Shown: in pieces, positions 20,584 to 30,866 of the stretch
Layout of the letters: the number at the start of each line of letters is the position of its first letter
Numbering within the stretch: position 1 is the stretch's first letter
NCBI GenBank assembly: GCA_963737265.1
Contig: CAVTRY010000013.1
Span: forward strand, 224,001 to 288,000
Direction: 5' to 3'
Source: an uncultured delta proteobacterium
GTDB taxonomy: Bacteria; Myxococcota_A; Polyangia; Fen-1088
DNA: 64,000 bases
Position numbers and translations under genes: made by a program
The notes under the pieces: model-generated
What the model saw: only the letters and a program-made list of their open reading frames with translations
What the model was told of the DNA's origin: nothing
The model's database searches: none

Positions 20584-21975
20584 GCGACCTCGTCATCGGT
20601 CAGGCCCAGTTCTTCCCCGCGCTTGCCCGCGGCTTCCACTTCCTTCGCCAGCTTGATGAGCTCTTCGATGACCTCCTGGGTGGCGATGGCGCGGTTGTGG
20701 TAGGCGTTCAGAGCCTTCTTGAGCTTCTCGGAGAACAGCTCGGACTGCACCAGGTCGCGCTTGGCGCGGACCTTGATCTCATCTTTGAGCAGTTTCGCCA
20801 GTAGCTCGGCGGCGACGTTCTTGTGTTTGAGGCCGCGCACCTCGGCGAGAAACTGATCGGACAGGATGCTGATGTCGGGCTTCTGCAAGCCAGCCGCGGT
20901 GAAGACGTCGATGACTTGACCATCGGTCGTAATCGCCATGGACACGAGCTGGCGGATGGCGGCGTCGATTTGCTCGGGCGACTTGGCGCTGGTACCACTC
21001 TTCTTGTTCAGTGCCGATTGAATGGCCTGGAAAAAGGCAATGTCATCGTGAATCTCCTCGGCTTCATCGCTGGCCGAGCACAGGGCGAAGGCGCGAGACA
21101 GCTCGGTCACCACCTGCACGAAGCGTTGCTTGCCATCTTCCTGCGAGAGGATGCGCTCCTGGCCGGCCGGGAGAAGCGCCAGCTTCTCGGCTGGCTTGCC
21201 GGCGGTCCATTTGTCCCAATCCAGCCCGTGCAGCATATCGCTGGCGATGCCGTGCTTCTCGAGCATGACGGCAATGGCCTGCTTCGGATCGTGGGCGGCC
21301 TCACCCTTGCCGCCGCTTTCCGTGTAGGTCGCCAGCGCGTGCTTCAGCTGGTCGGCCAGGCCAAGGTAGTCGACCACCAGTCCGCCCGGCTTGTCGCGGA
21401 AGACGCGGTTCACGCGCGCGATGGCCTGCATCAGGCCGTGTCCGCGCATCGGCTTGTCGGCTTACATCGTGTGCAGACAAGGGGCATCGAAACCGGTCAG
21501 CCACATGTCGCGCACGATGACGATGCGGAACGGATCCTTGCTGTCTTTGAAACGGACCGCCAGCTTGCGCCGCCGATCTTTATTGCGAATGTGCGGCTGC
21601 CATTCCGGCCCGTCGTCCGCGCTGCCGGTCATGATCACCTTGACTACGCAGGCTTTACCCTTGTCGGCCTCGGCGTCGTCCGACCCTGCCCAGTCCGGCC
21701 GCAACTTGATCAGCGCCTCGTGCATGGCCACGCAGATGCGGCGGCTCATGCAGACGATCATGGCCTTGCCGTTCATCGCCTCCACGCGCTTGCCGAAGTG
21801 GGCCACCAAGTCGGCGGCGACAACCTTCAAGCGCTTTGGGTCACCCACCAGCGCCTCCAGTGCGGCCCACTTGCTCTTCAGCTTCTCGCGATTCGACTGC
21901 TCCTCGCCTTCGGTGATTTCGTCGAACTCCTCGTCCAGCTTGGGCAGCTCGGCGTTGTTCAACGAAAGCTTGGCT
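20584..21975 (-). pseudogene. hsdR: Type I restriction subunit R, C-terminal half (N-half deleted, nonsense codon, IS21-interrupted)
   Basis: [50 protein letters not shown] (TAA at 21462-21464 where Tyr is expected), GGLVVDYLG. Confidence 0.92.
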
Positions 21976-22469
21976 GCCAGGGCTTCGATGAATCCCTCGG
22001 GCTGCGACCAACGCGTGACGGCGGAAAGGTCCTTCAGAAGGTTGAAGTCCTATTCACTCCAGACGTCCATGGTGTCGTCGAACAGCGAGACGAACTGCAA
22101 GCCTTCGGGGCCAATCGCAAGAACGTTGAGATCGTACCAAGCGGCCAGCACATGCTCGGTGACGTTCTTCGCCGCCGCCCTGCTGCCCGTGCTGAGGACG
22201 CAGACCAGCGAGCTACGTTTCGGCGTGCGCGTGTGGAAATCGGGTCGCCAGGTTCTCCCCGAGCGCCCGACCAATGGCTGGCTGCGTTCGAAGCCTACGC
22301 CCTTTTCCGATAGGAAGACCTCCACCTCGTCGGTGACACTTTCCACGGATCGCGTTCGCATGGTGAACCACACGTCGGCCGCACGAAGGCATGCCTGCGC
22401 GGCACGCATGACGACCGCCGCGATGTTGTCCCCTCGTTTCACCCGCGCGACCAGGTAGGCGTAGCTCAT
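21976..22469 (-). pseudogene. DUF1828-like R-M-associated protein remnant, fused in frame to the hsdR fragment
   Basis: RAAQACLRAADVWFT, LVGRSGRTWRPDF, FVSLFDD..DVWSE*DFNLL (TAG at 22050-22052) then reads into [10 protein letters not shown] of HsdR; 5' part missing. Confidence 0.55.
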
Positions 22470-22521
22470 TTCCGATTCTATGTTGGGTGGCGATAGGGCC
22501 TTGCATCGATGCCATAGGTGT

Positions 22522-22625
22522 CTACGTCATTCTGGCCCCGATTTCAACGCTCAACTCCCCGCTTAGCAGCTTGGGCAGCAAGGTGTCGCGTACGGTAGCG
22601 AGGGTGCGGGACTGGATGCTCGATC
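22522..22625 (-). pseudogene. hsdS: Type I specificity subunit, extreme C-terminus only
   Basis: Manual translation QSRTLATVRDTLLPKLLSGELSV, the canonical HsdS C-terminal motif. Confidence 0.8.
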
Positions 22626-22943
22626 CTTATTCGACACTTCCCCCTCCTGAAGAACGACATATTTTTCACGGATGATTTCGCGAAAGCGTTCGGGGACTTC
22701 GTCCCAGACATGCAGGTCCACAAGGAAGGGGATATTGCTTTCGGCGATTGCTTCTTTGAGCTGCGAAACAACCGAACGCTGTTCGGGGGTGGTGAATGCG
22801 ACCAGATCGAGATCGGAATTGGTGCGGGCGGTCCCCTTCACGCGCGAGCCATAGGCCCAGACCGCGACGGTGGGGATTAACTGGCGCAAGAACGCGAGAA
22901 GCGCGTCTCTTTGCTCGGCGGTGATGTCGATCGCGCTGGTCAT
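22563..22943 (-). CDS. Minimal nucleotidyltransferase (MNT) antitoxin; native end altered by the downstream deletion
   Basis: VWAYGSRVKG.....SDLDL, ESNIPFLVDL; ATGA-coupled to the upstream HEPN-like remnant. Confidence 0.82.
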   Translation of the reverse strand: MTSAIDITAEQRDALLAFLRQLIPTVAVWAYGSRVKGTARTNSDLDLVAFTTPEQRSVVSQLKEAIAESNIPFLVDLHVWDEVPERFREIIREKYVVLQEGEVSNKDRASSPAPSLPYATPCCPSC

Positions 22944-23040
22944 TTCCAGGCGATTCCTGTCATCTTCTCGAAAAGCGCACTGGCGTCGGCAACGAAATCC
23001 TTGATGAGCAAGAGCGTTTCAGCGGCTTTCTCTCCAGTGA
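22940..23040 (-). pseudogene. C-terminal remnant of HEPN (HI0074-like) partner of the MNT
   Basis: [25 protein letters not shown]...*; stop overlaps MNT start; no RX4-6H motif remains. Confidence 0.5.
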
Positions 23041-23295
<255 letters not shown>

Positions 23296-23359
23296 GGGCC
23301 TTGTCGCTATTCTTCGCCATGGTTCAGCTCTAGGGTTCGGTGAGCACGGAGATGCATCG

Positions 23360-23794
23360 GTGGCGGCATTGTATCACCAGGGAGATGACCTTGGTGGTCT
23401 CCCTGGGAATGCGCCCGGGCTGGCGCGCTTTGGCCGCCTGACCGTCACCGCCGTTACCGTCTTCGAGCGGTTGCGCGGATATCGCGCTGCTATTCACGCT
23501 GGCAAGCCCTTCGAAAGCCAGCTGCATGCCTTCGAGGCCCTGGTCGGCAACAGCATCGTTCTTCCGTTCGACGAGGAGGCGGCCAGCGTCGCGGCCGAGA
23601 TCTGGGCCAAGGCTTCGCGTCCACAACGACGGCAGGTGGGCGATATCCTCATCGCGGCCATCGCGGTGTCGCGCCAGATGCCCCTCGTGACGAGAAACCG
23701 AAAGGACTTCGAAGGACTTGCCAAGATCTCGGGCGTAGGCCTTCGCCTCTTGGACTGGTCTGCCCCATGGACGCACGCGCGAACAGTCCGCTAG
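23360..23794 (+). pseudogene. 5'-truncated PIN/VapC toxin
   Basis: TAVTVFERLRG, VLPFDEEAA, DILIAAIA...LVTRNRKDF; first catalytic D-T motif and antitoxin absent. Confidence 0.7.
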
Positions 23795-23926
23795 CAGCCC
23801 GTGGTGAAAGTCGGATCGACGTTGGACAAGCCAAGAGTTATCGACAACTTGCCGAATCGGCGCTAGGGTTGTACCAACGCCGGGATGAGTTTGTCCTCAG
23901 CAACCCCCCCAGCCGAGGTATGTCTC

Positions 23927-26293
23927 ATGGCAGTAACCGTCATGTTAGGTGACCCGGGAAAGCATCTCGAATGTTGTGATCGCGGACTGTTATTGGGATG
24001 CGTGATGCTCCTCTTGACGGCACCAGCCTGCAGCTCTCCCAAAATCGTCGGCAATGGCGCAGCTGGAGGTCAGGGCGGAGGCGGCGGTGGGGTGGGTGGC
24101 AGTCCCGCCGGAGGCGGCGGCACGGGGGTCGTCATTACCATTTCCACCGGCGGAGACGCTGGCACCGGTTCAACCGACATCAAGAAATGCGGCGACGGCG
24201 TCCTCGACCTGGGCGAGGGATGCGACGATGGCGTCGCACCTATAAAGAAGATCAGGAGCGCCGACAATCCCAATCCCATCGATGATGGCTGCAATGCACT
24301 TTGCCAGGTTGAGTCGGGTTGGGCGTGTCCAACCGCGGGACAGCCTTGCATCGACCAAAGGGTGTGTGGTAACGGCGTTCTGACTCCCAACAAGGAATGT
24401 GACGACGGAAACACGGTGAGCGGCGACGGCTGCTCGTCGACCTGCCAGTCCGAGGCGGGTTACCGGTGCCGGCTTCCCGGAAAGCCGTGCAGCATCCTAT
24501 GCGGGGACGGCATCATCAAGGCACCCGAGCAATGCGATGATGGTAACACCGTCGGCGGTGACGGCTGTTCTTCGGGTTGCAAAGTAGAGGCTGGCTTTCA
24601 GTGCAGCGGTACCCCTAGCGTATGCAAGCCAACCGTTTGCGGCGACGGCATCGTCGAGGGCTCCGAGGGATGTGACCTTGGTCAAGGCAAGAACCTACCC
24701 GGCAGTGGCTGCTCGCCAACCTGCCACCTCGAGCCGAACTGCAGTGCGGCCTCGGGCCAGTGCACCTCGACGTGCGGAGATGGACTCGTTGTCAACGAAG
24801 GATGCGACGATGGCAACACGGTGAGTGGCGACGGTTGCTCATCGAGTTGCAAGGTCGAACCCGGCTTCCAGTGCAGCCAGCCCGATGCCAATTCTCCGAC
24901 CATGACCGTGCCGGTCACCTACCACGACTTTCTCGTGGGCGGCGATTTCCACCCGGCCGACGTCCAAGGCTCCAACCTTGCCGTTGTCGGCCTCGTTAAC
25001 GACACTCTCGACAACGAAGGCAAACCGGTGTTTGCCGGTGCGCCAGGCGACGGCCACATCACGAGTGCGGACAGCTTCCACCAATGGTACAGGGACGTGG
25101 CGAAGGTCAACACGCCCTACGTATCGACCATCCTGCTGCACAACAACGGCAATGGCGCCTACGTGAACTGGTGGAAGGACAATCAACAGTGGATCGAGCA
25201 ACTCAACCCTCGGTGGTGCTCCGATGCGACCTGCGCCACTTGCAACCCTCCGGCCTACGTGGCGGGCCCGACGACCGCGTGCTTGGCCCAATGCACGCCG
25301 TGGGGGATAGGCAGCACCAATCCCTGCGCGGTCGACCTCCAGATGGTCGATGGAAACCCGCTCTTCTTCCCCCTCGACAATATCCCGGGCATGATCACGC
25401 CGACCACCGCGTACGCGCCCGGCCAGGTTCCACCCCTGTACAGCGGCGGCGGCTGGACCTGGGAGGCGGGCGGCGCCGCTGCCCCCCAGCACAACTTCAG
25501 TTTCACCAGCGAGGTACGCTATTGGTTCAGCTATCAGACAAACAAGAAATATGTCCTCGATTTCGCGGGTGACGACGATGTTTGGGTCTTCGTCAATCGC
25601 AAGCTGGCGGTAGACCTGGGAGGCATCCACACCCCTGTCGCGGGGCACTTGGCGTTCAATGCGACCGGAGGCGGGACTGTTGCCATTACCCCGACCGAGG
25701 GTGCCGCCTGCAAAACGCAGGGCGCCGTGGCAACCTGCACCACTTCCCCGCCGACGACGGCGAATTTCGGCATGGTGAACAACGGCGTCTACGAGATCGT
25801 CGTGTTCCAGGCGGAACGATGCTGGAACGGATCGACGTACAAACTCACGCTGAGCGGCTTCAATGATGCTCCAAGCAGTTGTGTGCCGACGTGTGGCGAT
25901 GGCATCGCGGTGGCCAGTGAGGAATGCGACTGCGGTGACGGAACCGTGCCTGTCCCGGCAGGCTGCCCAGGTCCGAACAGCGACAGCGCGTATGGTGGCT
26001 GCACGACAAAGTGCACGTGGGGTCCATTCTGTGGAGATGGCGTGGTCAATGGTTCAGAGGAGTGCGATCTCGGCAAGGAGAATGGCACGGACGTGAGTCC
26101 AGCGGGATGCTCCTTCCAATGCACGAAGCCTCATTATTGTGGCGATGGCGTTCTCGATACGGATCTGGGCGAGCAGTGCGATATGGGCTCCCTCAATGGA
26201 CAGACATTGGACGCCAGTGGGAGCCCAACGACCGATCCTAGCGGCCAGGTATGGTGCAGTAGTGCCTGCGAGATTGTGATGGTACCGTTCTAG
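23927..26293 (+). CDS. Fibro-slime (PA14-like) domain lipoprotein with Myxococcus Cys-rich (DUF4215) repeats
   Basis: Repeated CGDG...E.CDDGN.VSGDGCS; SFHQWY, HNFSFTSEVRYWF, GDDDVWVFVNRKLAVDLGGIH, VFQAER. Start uncertain. Confidence 0.88.
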   Translation: MAVTVMLGDPGKHLECCDRGLLLGCVMLLLTAPACSSPKIVGNGAAGGQGGGGGGVGGSPAGGGGTGVVITISTGGDAGTGSTDIKKCGDGVLDLGEGCDDGVAPIKKIRSADNPNPIDDGCNALCQVESGWACPTAGQPCIDQRVCGNGVLTPNKECDDGNTVSGDGCSSTCQSEAGYRCRLPGKPCSILCGDGIIKAPEQCDDGNTVGGDGCSSGCKVEAGFQCSGTPSVCKPTVCGDGIVEGSEGCDLGQGKNLPGSGCSPTCHLEPNCSAASGQCTSTCGDGLVVNEGCDDGNTVSGDGCSSSCKVEPGFQCSQPDANSPTMTVPVTYHDFLVGGDFHPADVQGSNLAVVGLVNDTLDNEGKPVFAGAPGDGHITSADSFHQWYRDVAKVNTPYVSTILLHNNGNGAYVNWWKDNQQWIEQLNPRWCSDATCATCNPPAYVAGPTTACLAQCTPWGIGSTNPCAVDLQMVDGNPLFFPLDNIPGMITPTTAYAPGQVPPLYSGGGWTWEAGGAAAPQHNFSFTSEVRYWFSYQTNKKYVLDFAGDDDVWVFVNRKLAVDLGGIHTPVAGHLAFNATGGGTVAITPTEGAACKTQGAVATCTTSPPTTANFGMVNNGVYEIVVFQAERCWNGSTYKLTLSGFNDAPSSCVPTCGDGIAVASEECDCGDGTVPVPAGCPGPNSDSAYGGCTTKCTWGPFCGDGVVNGSEECDLGKENGTDVSPAGCSFQCTKPHYCGDGVLDTDLGEQCDMGSLNGQTLDASGSPTTDPSGQVWCSSACEIVMVPF

Positions 26294-26680
26294 GTGGCCA
26301 GGGTGGCGGCCTGCCCGGACGGGCGCAGCACCTGGCGGTGCACGAAGTCGTAGTTGACCAGGTACGCGTGATCGGCGTGGCACTCACGTCTCGCGTCCCA
26401 ACCAACAGAGGTGCCGGCGCACTGTATCGCGCGTTCGACCTGTGGCACTGTAGCTGCGGCACATCCGCGCTCCTATTTCAGGCTACGGGAGAGTCTCCTT
26501 CTGGAACTGGGTCCAGGCCGTGTCGACGATCTTCGCCAACCTGTAGCTGCCACAGTGACTGCTGCTTGGAGCAGTGGTGTCCTTCCGGTAAGCGTGTATG
26601 ACACGATGGTGCGAGGCCGGGTACCGTGGGCGGCATGGACACGGAGCGGATCGAGAAAGGCGAAACACCTCAGACGGCTT

Positions 26681-26730
26681 TGCCCAACAATTGCGGTCTG
26701 CCCAGCAATTCGGACGGCTGCCCAATAATT
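26681..26730 (+). repeat. Three phased TGCCCA(A/G)(C/T)AATT motifs (left boundary of transposase module)
   Basis: Motifs start at 26681, 26699, 26719; the same 20-bp-spaced pair recurs at 28864/28884. Confidence 0.7.
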
Positions 26731-26795
26731 CGCGGCGCGGCGTGAAAACCACGCTATTTTGACGCGCACACCTGGGAGCCGTCTAATCGCGAGCG

Positions 26796-27062
26796 ATGGC
26801 CGACGATGCTCCTCCCGTTGCCTTTGATCGCCTTATGCCCAACAAGATCAGGACAAAGCCCGATTGGGTTACGTCCCTGAACGCTGGCCGCGCCTACATA
26901 TGGGCGGCCGTTGCCCTGTCGTGTGACATTCGTCCAGACGCCATCAAGATGAATGACAAGAGCGACGCGGATGCACCCGACTTGGCCCAGTTCTGGAAGC
27001 GCTACACCGTGGCATTAACGAACATACGCGCGCTCCGGCTGCCGATAGTCTACGAGGAGTAG
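26796..27062 (+). CDS. Hypothetical protein (possible passenger)
   Basis: 88-aa ATG ORF with protein-like composition; no motif recognised. Confidence 0.4.
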   Translation: MADDAPPVAFDRLMPNKIRTKPDWVTSLNAGRAYIWAAVALSCDIRPDAIKMNDKSDADAPDLAQFWKRYTVALTNIRALRLPIVYEE

Positions 27063-27184
27063 GCCATGAGAGAAATCAGGCAACGGCGGAGCCATGTCAC
27101 CCCATCCGAGCGCAAGCTGTGGCAATGGAGAATTGACGCGCTAGCTAGCAAGTAGATGCGGCTCATCCGGCGAGCACAGGGAGC

Positions 27185-27373
27185 CTACTTCTTGGGCTCG
27201 CCCTTTACCTTCTCTCCCGCGCCAGCCTCGCGGAGTCCCAAGGACCGCAGCCAACTGCTGAGATCCAAGCCCGCGCGATTCGCCGCATCTTGAAGCGTCA
27301 CCTTCTGTTCATCCGTGACCCTGACCAGGATCGCGGCTTCCTTTCGCTCGCCTTTGGTTTTGCGTCGAATCAT
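27185..27373 (-). CDS. Ribbon-helix-helix regulator (DUF1778/MobC-like)
   Basis: ILVRVTDEQKVTLQDAANRAGLDLSSWLRS beta-alpha-alpha pattern; divergent from the transposase. Confidence 0.72.
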   Translation of the reverse strand: MIRRKTKGERKEAAILVRVTDEQKVTLQDAANRAGLDLSSWLRSLGLREAGAGEKVKGEPKK

Positions 27374-27378
27374 CCTGG

Positions 27379-27443
27379 CTAATGTATATCTGAAGGAAAT
27401 ACAAATCAAGGGTTGACATCTGTGTCTGATAGATATACATTAG
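27379..27443. promoter_or_regulatory. Back-to-back sigma70 promoters with a perfect 13-bp inverted repeat over both -10 boxes
   Basis: Plus: TTGACA (27413-27418)-17 bp-TACATT. Minus: TTGATT-17 bp-TACATT. CTAATGTATATCT (27379-27391) / AGATATACATTAG (27431-27443). Confidence 0.75.
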
Positions 27444-27466
27444 TTATACATCATGTGGAGACGAAG

Positions 27467-28306
27467 ATGAACACCACGACGAACGAAACAGACCTTCGGC
27501 AAGAGCGCGGACGCATCCTTTCCAACGACCGCAGGATCAAGCACATCGCTGGCGTGACCTGGCTTGTCCCCTCGCAGACGCAGAACGCTGGCGGCTACGT
27601 CGTCAACACCGCCGCGAAGACCTGCACCTGTCCCGACTTCGAGCTTCGCCGCTGCCGCTGCAAGCATCAGTGGGCAGTTTCCTTCGTCCAGACCGTCGAG
27701 ACCGACGCCGCTGGCAACACCACCGTGACCGAGACCTTGAGCTACTCCCGCACCACACACGGGCAGGATTGGGCCGCCTACAACGCCGCCCAGACCGGCG
27801 AGAAGGACACGGTTCAGGCGCTTCTGGGGGGGCTGTGAGAAGGCGTGAAGACGCCAGAGCACGCCGGGCGAGGACCGAAGCCCATTCCGCTGTCTGACGT
27901 GGTCTTCGCCATGACGATGAAGACCTACGGGCTGATGTCTGCCCGCCGTGCAACCTGCGACATCGAGGCATCCGCCGAAGCTGGCAACATGACTCGCGCC
28001 CCGCACTACAACAGCACCCTGGCTGCATTCTCCAAGCCCGAGATGACCGCCATCCTTACCACCCTCATCGAGCGGAGCGCGGCGCCCCTGGCCAGCATCG
28101 AGTCGAGCTTCGCGGTCGATTCCACGGGCTTCGGCACCTGCGTCTATCACCGCTGGTACGACGAGAAGTACGGCAAGCCGATGAAGAAGGCGACCTGGCT
28201 CAAGGCTCACGCTATGGTCGGAACTTCGACCGGCGTCATCACCTCGGTCAAGGTCACGGCCAGCGATGGCGCGGACTGCCCGCAGCTTCCCGAGCTTGGA
28301 CTATAG
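27467..28306 (+). pseudogene. SWIM zinc-finger + DDE (IS4/IS5-superfamily-like) transposase, nonsense codon and 3' truncated
   Basis: CTCPDF.....CKH SWIM; QDWAAYNAAQ; TGA at 27836-27838 in frame; FAVDSTGF, WLKAHAM; remaining catalytic D/E missing. Confidence 0.75.
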
Positions 28307-28782
28307 CACCAGGATGATGCACAAAGCCAATGCGTCCCCCTTTCCCGACCATGCCAACCACGATAAACTCCGCGCCAATGTTGTAATTCTGAATGTTCGC
28401 CATGACTTGGCCGAATATCTGGATCGGCATCTGCTTTTGACCAGTCTGGAAGGTCTGAAATGTGTAGTTTATTGACCGCAGTACGTTCTCCTCGATGGCC
28501 TTGTGACGCACAGATGCGTAGCCATCCTTGAGTATCTCGCCTACTTGCGTCACATCGGCGGTCGGCCTGTTTGTAAGATTGGTTGAAACCGCTCCAAGAA
28601 TGTCGGTGCTGATCAGAGCGTTGCCGGCTGTCATCACGGCAAACTGCCCATTCAGGATCTCGATCTTCTTCCGGTCATGCTCAAATTCCATGTTCATGGG
28701 AGGCCCGGCCGTGATCATCCGATCCTGAGGCTATGACGATTGCTGAACCATGCTCGCAAAGGGCTCCAACACAAACTGTCAT
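28300..28782 (-). pseudogene. Proteasome beta/Ntn-hydrolase-like protein (frameshift near 28724, 3' truncated)
   Basis: M-T-V-C-V-G...IVIASDRMIT (after removing one G), KKIEIL, VMTAGN, EFIVVG. Confidence 0.6.
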
Positions 28783-28862
28783 CGGCATCCTCCTGGATAA
28801 GGGCGGCGACGTTATCAGCGATTGCCGTTTGTGGCAATCGGAGTTTTCAGCGCGCGTCATCG

Positions 28863-28895
28863 CTGCCCAACAATTCCCCACTCTGCCCAATAATT
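28863..28895 (+). repeat. CTGCCCAACAATT-N7-CTGCCCAATAATT pair (right boundary of transposase module)
   Basis: Direct match to 26698-26730. Confidence 0.7.
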
Positions 28896-29067
28896 CCGCC
28901 AGTCATCGCGTCATCTCCGAATCATTGGGCAAAGCCGCCCACGGCCGGTCATCGACTTAGCCGGCCGCACCCAGCGCAGATCGAAAGAAGCTTTGGGCAG
29001 TGCCCACACATATTTTCGCAGAATGTTTTCCCAAGGACCGTCACAAGAAGGAGTCGCGAGGTTAGCA

Positions 29068-30528
29068 ATGAGAGGCTCTCTTTTCACCGTCATGGTTTTC
29101 GGCCTCGTGGCAGCGGGCACCTCGTGCTCGAGCAGTTCCGGCGGGTCCAACGGGCTGGGCGGCGCAGGGGCGGGCGGCGCGCCGAGCAAAGGCGGAGACC
29201 CGGGCGCGGGCGGCGCTGGCGCGCAAGCCGGAGGCGCCACGATAGGGTCCGGTGGCGCGACAGGGGCCGGTGGTGCGACGGGCGCGGGTGGGGCCACAGC
29301 GTTGGGCGGCGCCGCTGGCACTGGCGGCGTGGCGGCGAAGGGTGGCGCTGCCGGTGCTGGCGGCGCGACGGCGACGGGCGGGGCAACGGCGACGGGCGGC
29401 GCGACGACGATGGGTGGCACAGCGGCGACGGGTGGGACAACGGCGACAGGCGGAGCGCTGGCCACGGGCGGGGCGGGGACCGGCGGCACCGCCAATAGCT
29501 GCGGAACGACGATGCGAGGCATTTCGGCAATGGACATGGTCAAGGACATGGGGCTCGGATGGAACCTGGGAAACACCCTTGATGCAACAGGATCGGGCCT
29601 CTCGAGCGAGACTGCATGGGGCAACCCGCTGACGACCCAGGCTATGATTCAGTCCGTTGCTACGGCAGGGTTCAAGTCGATCCGCATTCCCGTGACCTGG
29701 GCGGGCCACTTTGGCGGCGCACCCGGCTATGTCATCGATTCGGCCTGGATGAACTGCGTCCAGCAGATCGTGGACTGGGCGCAGGCTGCGGGCCTGTACG
29801 CGATCGTCAACATGCATCACGACGGGCTAAGTCCTAACGGGTGGCTCCTTGGCGCCGCCACCAACCCCACGGGTGTCATTGCGGAGTACAAGGCCCTGTG
29901 GGCGCAGATCGCCAAGAGGTTCAGCTGCTATTCCGACAAGTTGATCTTTGAGTCCATGAATGAGGTGGGTTTCGCAAGCATGGAATCTGGCGGCAGCCCA
30001 TCCCAAACCGCTATCAACCTGCTGAACCAATTGAACAGCGAATTCGCCACACTGGTACGCGCATCGGGCGGAAACAACTCTCTACGCTACTTACTGGTTG
30101 CGGGCTATTGGACGGATATTCCCCGCTCCACAGGTGTACTCATGCCGGACAGTCGGTGTATCCTATCCGTTCACTACTACACACCCTCTTCTTTCACGTT
30201 CGGCTCTTCGAACCCCTGGGGTAGCACCACGGAGGTCAACTCGTTGCTCGCAGATTGGGCTTTTGTCCAGACCCACTACATCAACAAGAATATACCCGTG
30301 ATCCTCGGTGAGTACGGCGTTGCTTCGGCCGATGATGCCGCAAGCCGCATCTACTGGAACGAGTATGTGACTAAGGCTGCGCATGATTGCGGCGCCGCCC
30401 CCTATCTTTGGGATGACGGCGGTGACATGAGCATTTTCAACCGCCGAAATCTGACTTGGACGACGAGCGTACTCGACGCCTTGAAGCGCGCAGGGAGCGG
30501 GCAGACCTACACCATCACCAAGCAATGA
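29068..30528 (+). CDS. GH5 endoglucanase/xyloglucanase (GH5_4-like) lipoprotein with Gly/Ala/Thr linker
   Basis: MGLGWNLGNTLDA, ETAWGNP, IRIPVTW, NMHHD, FESMNE (acid/base), HYY, GEYG (nucleophile), WDDG. Confidence 0.9.
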   Translation: MRGSLFTVMVFGLVAAGTSCSSSSGGSNGLGGAGAGGAPSKGGDPGAGGAGAQAGGATIGSGGATGAGGATGAGGATALGGAAGTGGVAAKGGAAGAGGATATGGATATGGATTMGGTAATGGTTATGGALATGGAGTGGTANSCGTTMRGISAMDMVKDMGLGWNLGNTLDATGSGLSSETAWGNPLTTQAMIQSVATAGFKSIRIPVTWAGHFGGAPGYVIDSAWMNCVQQIVDWAQAAGLYAIVNMHHDGLSPNGWLLGAATNPTGVIAEYKALWAQIAKRFSCYSDKLIFESMNEVGFASMESGGSPSQTAINLLNQLNSEFATLVRASGGNNSLRYLLVAGYWTDIPRSTGVLMPDSRCILSVHYYTPSSFTFGSSNPWGSTTEVNSLLADWAFVQTHYINKNIPVILGEYGVASADDAASRIYWNEYVTKAAHDCGAAPYLWDDGGDMSIFNRRNLTWTTSVLDALKRAGSGQTYTITKQ

Positions 30529-30866
30529 GACGCACCCCGCGTGGGATGCGCGCGGTTACGACGAAGTTGTATTGGATGCCGGGAATCAAATCTGGAGTCC
30601 GTGGTCGTGAAGGAAATGCCCTGGCAACCCTAACCGGTGTCCGCACTCGATTGTCTTTGAAGTTTGGCAGCAGCGGAGCGAGTGCGGTCGGCACGGAAAG
30701 CTCTGCCAGCTCCGGTGGCACAAACACGGAAGCTAGCTAGGGACTCGGATCGGCCCGGTCCCCGCTTGGCCGAGCCGGGGCGAGGATTACCCCACGCGAC
30801 TGTCGTACCACACCGTTAGCGGTTTCGGGAGTTGCCGGTCGTGAGGACGATCAGTCCTGGGCGAGG

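Noticed and set aside
27836-27838. TGA read-through or selenocysteine in the transposase
   Set aside because: The gene is also 3' truncated, and a TGC-to-TGA nonsense change is simpler; no SECIS-like evidence.
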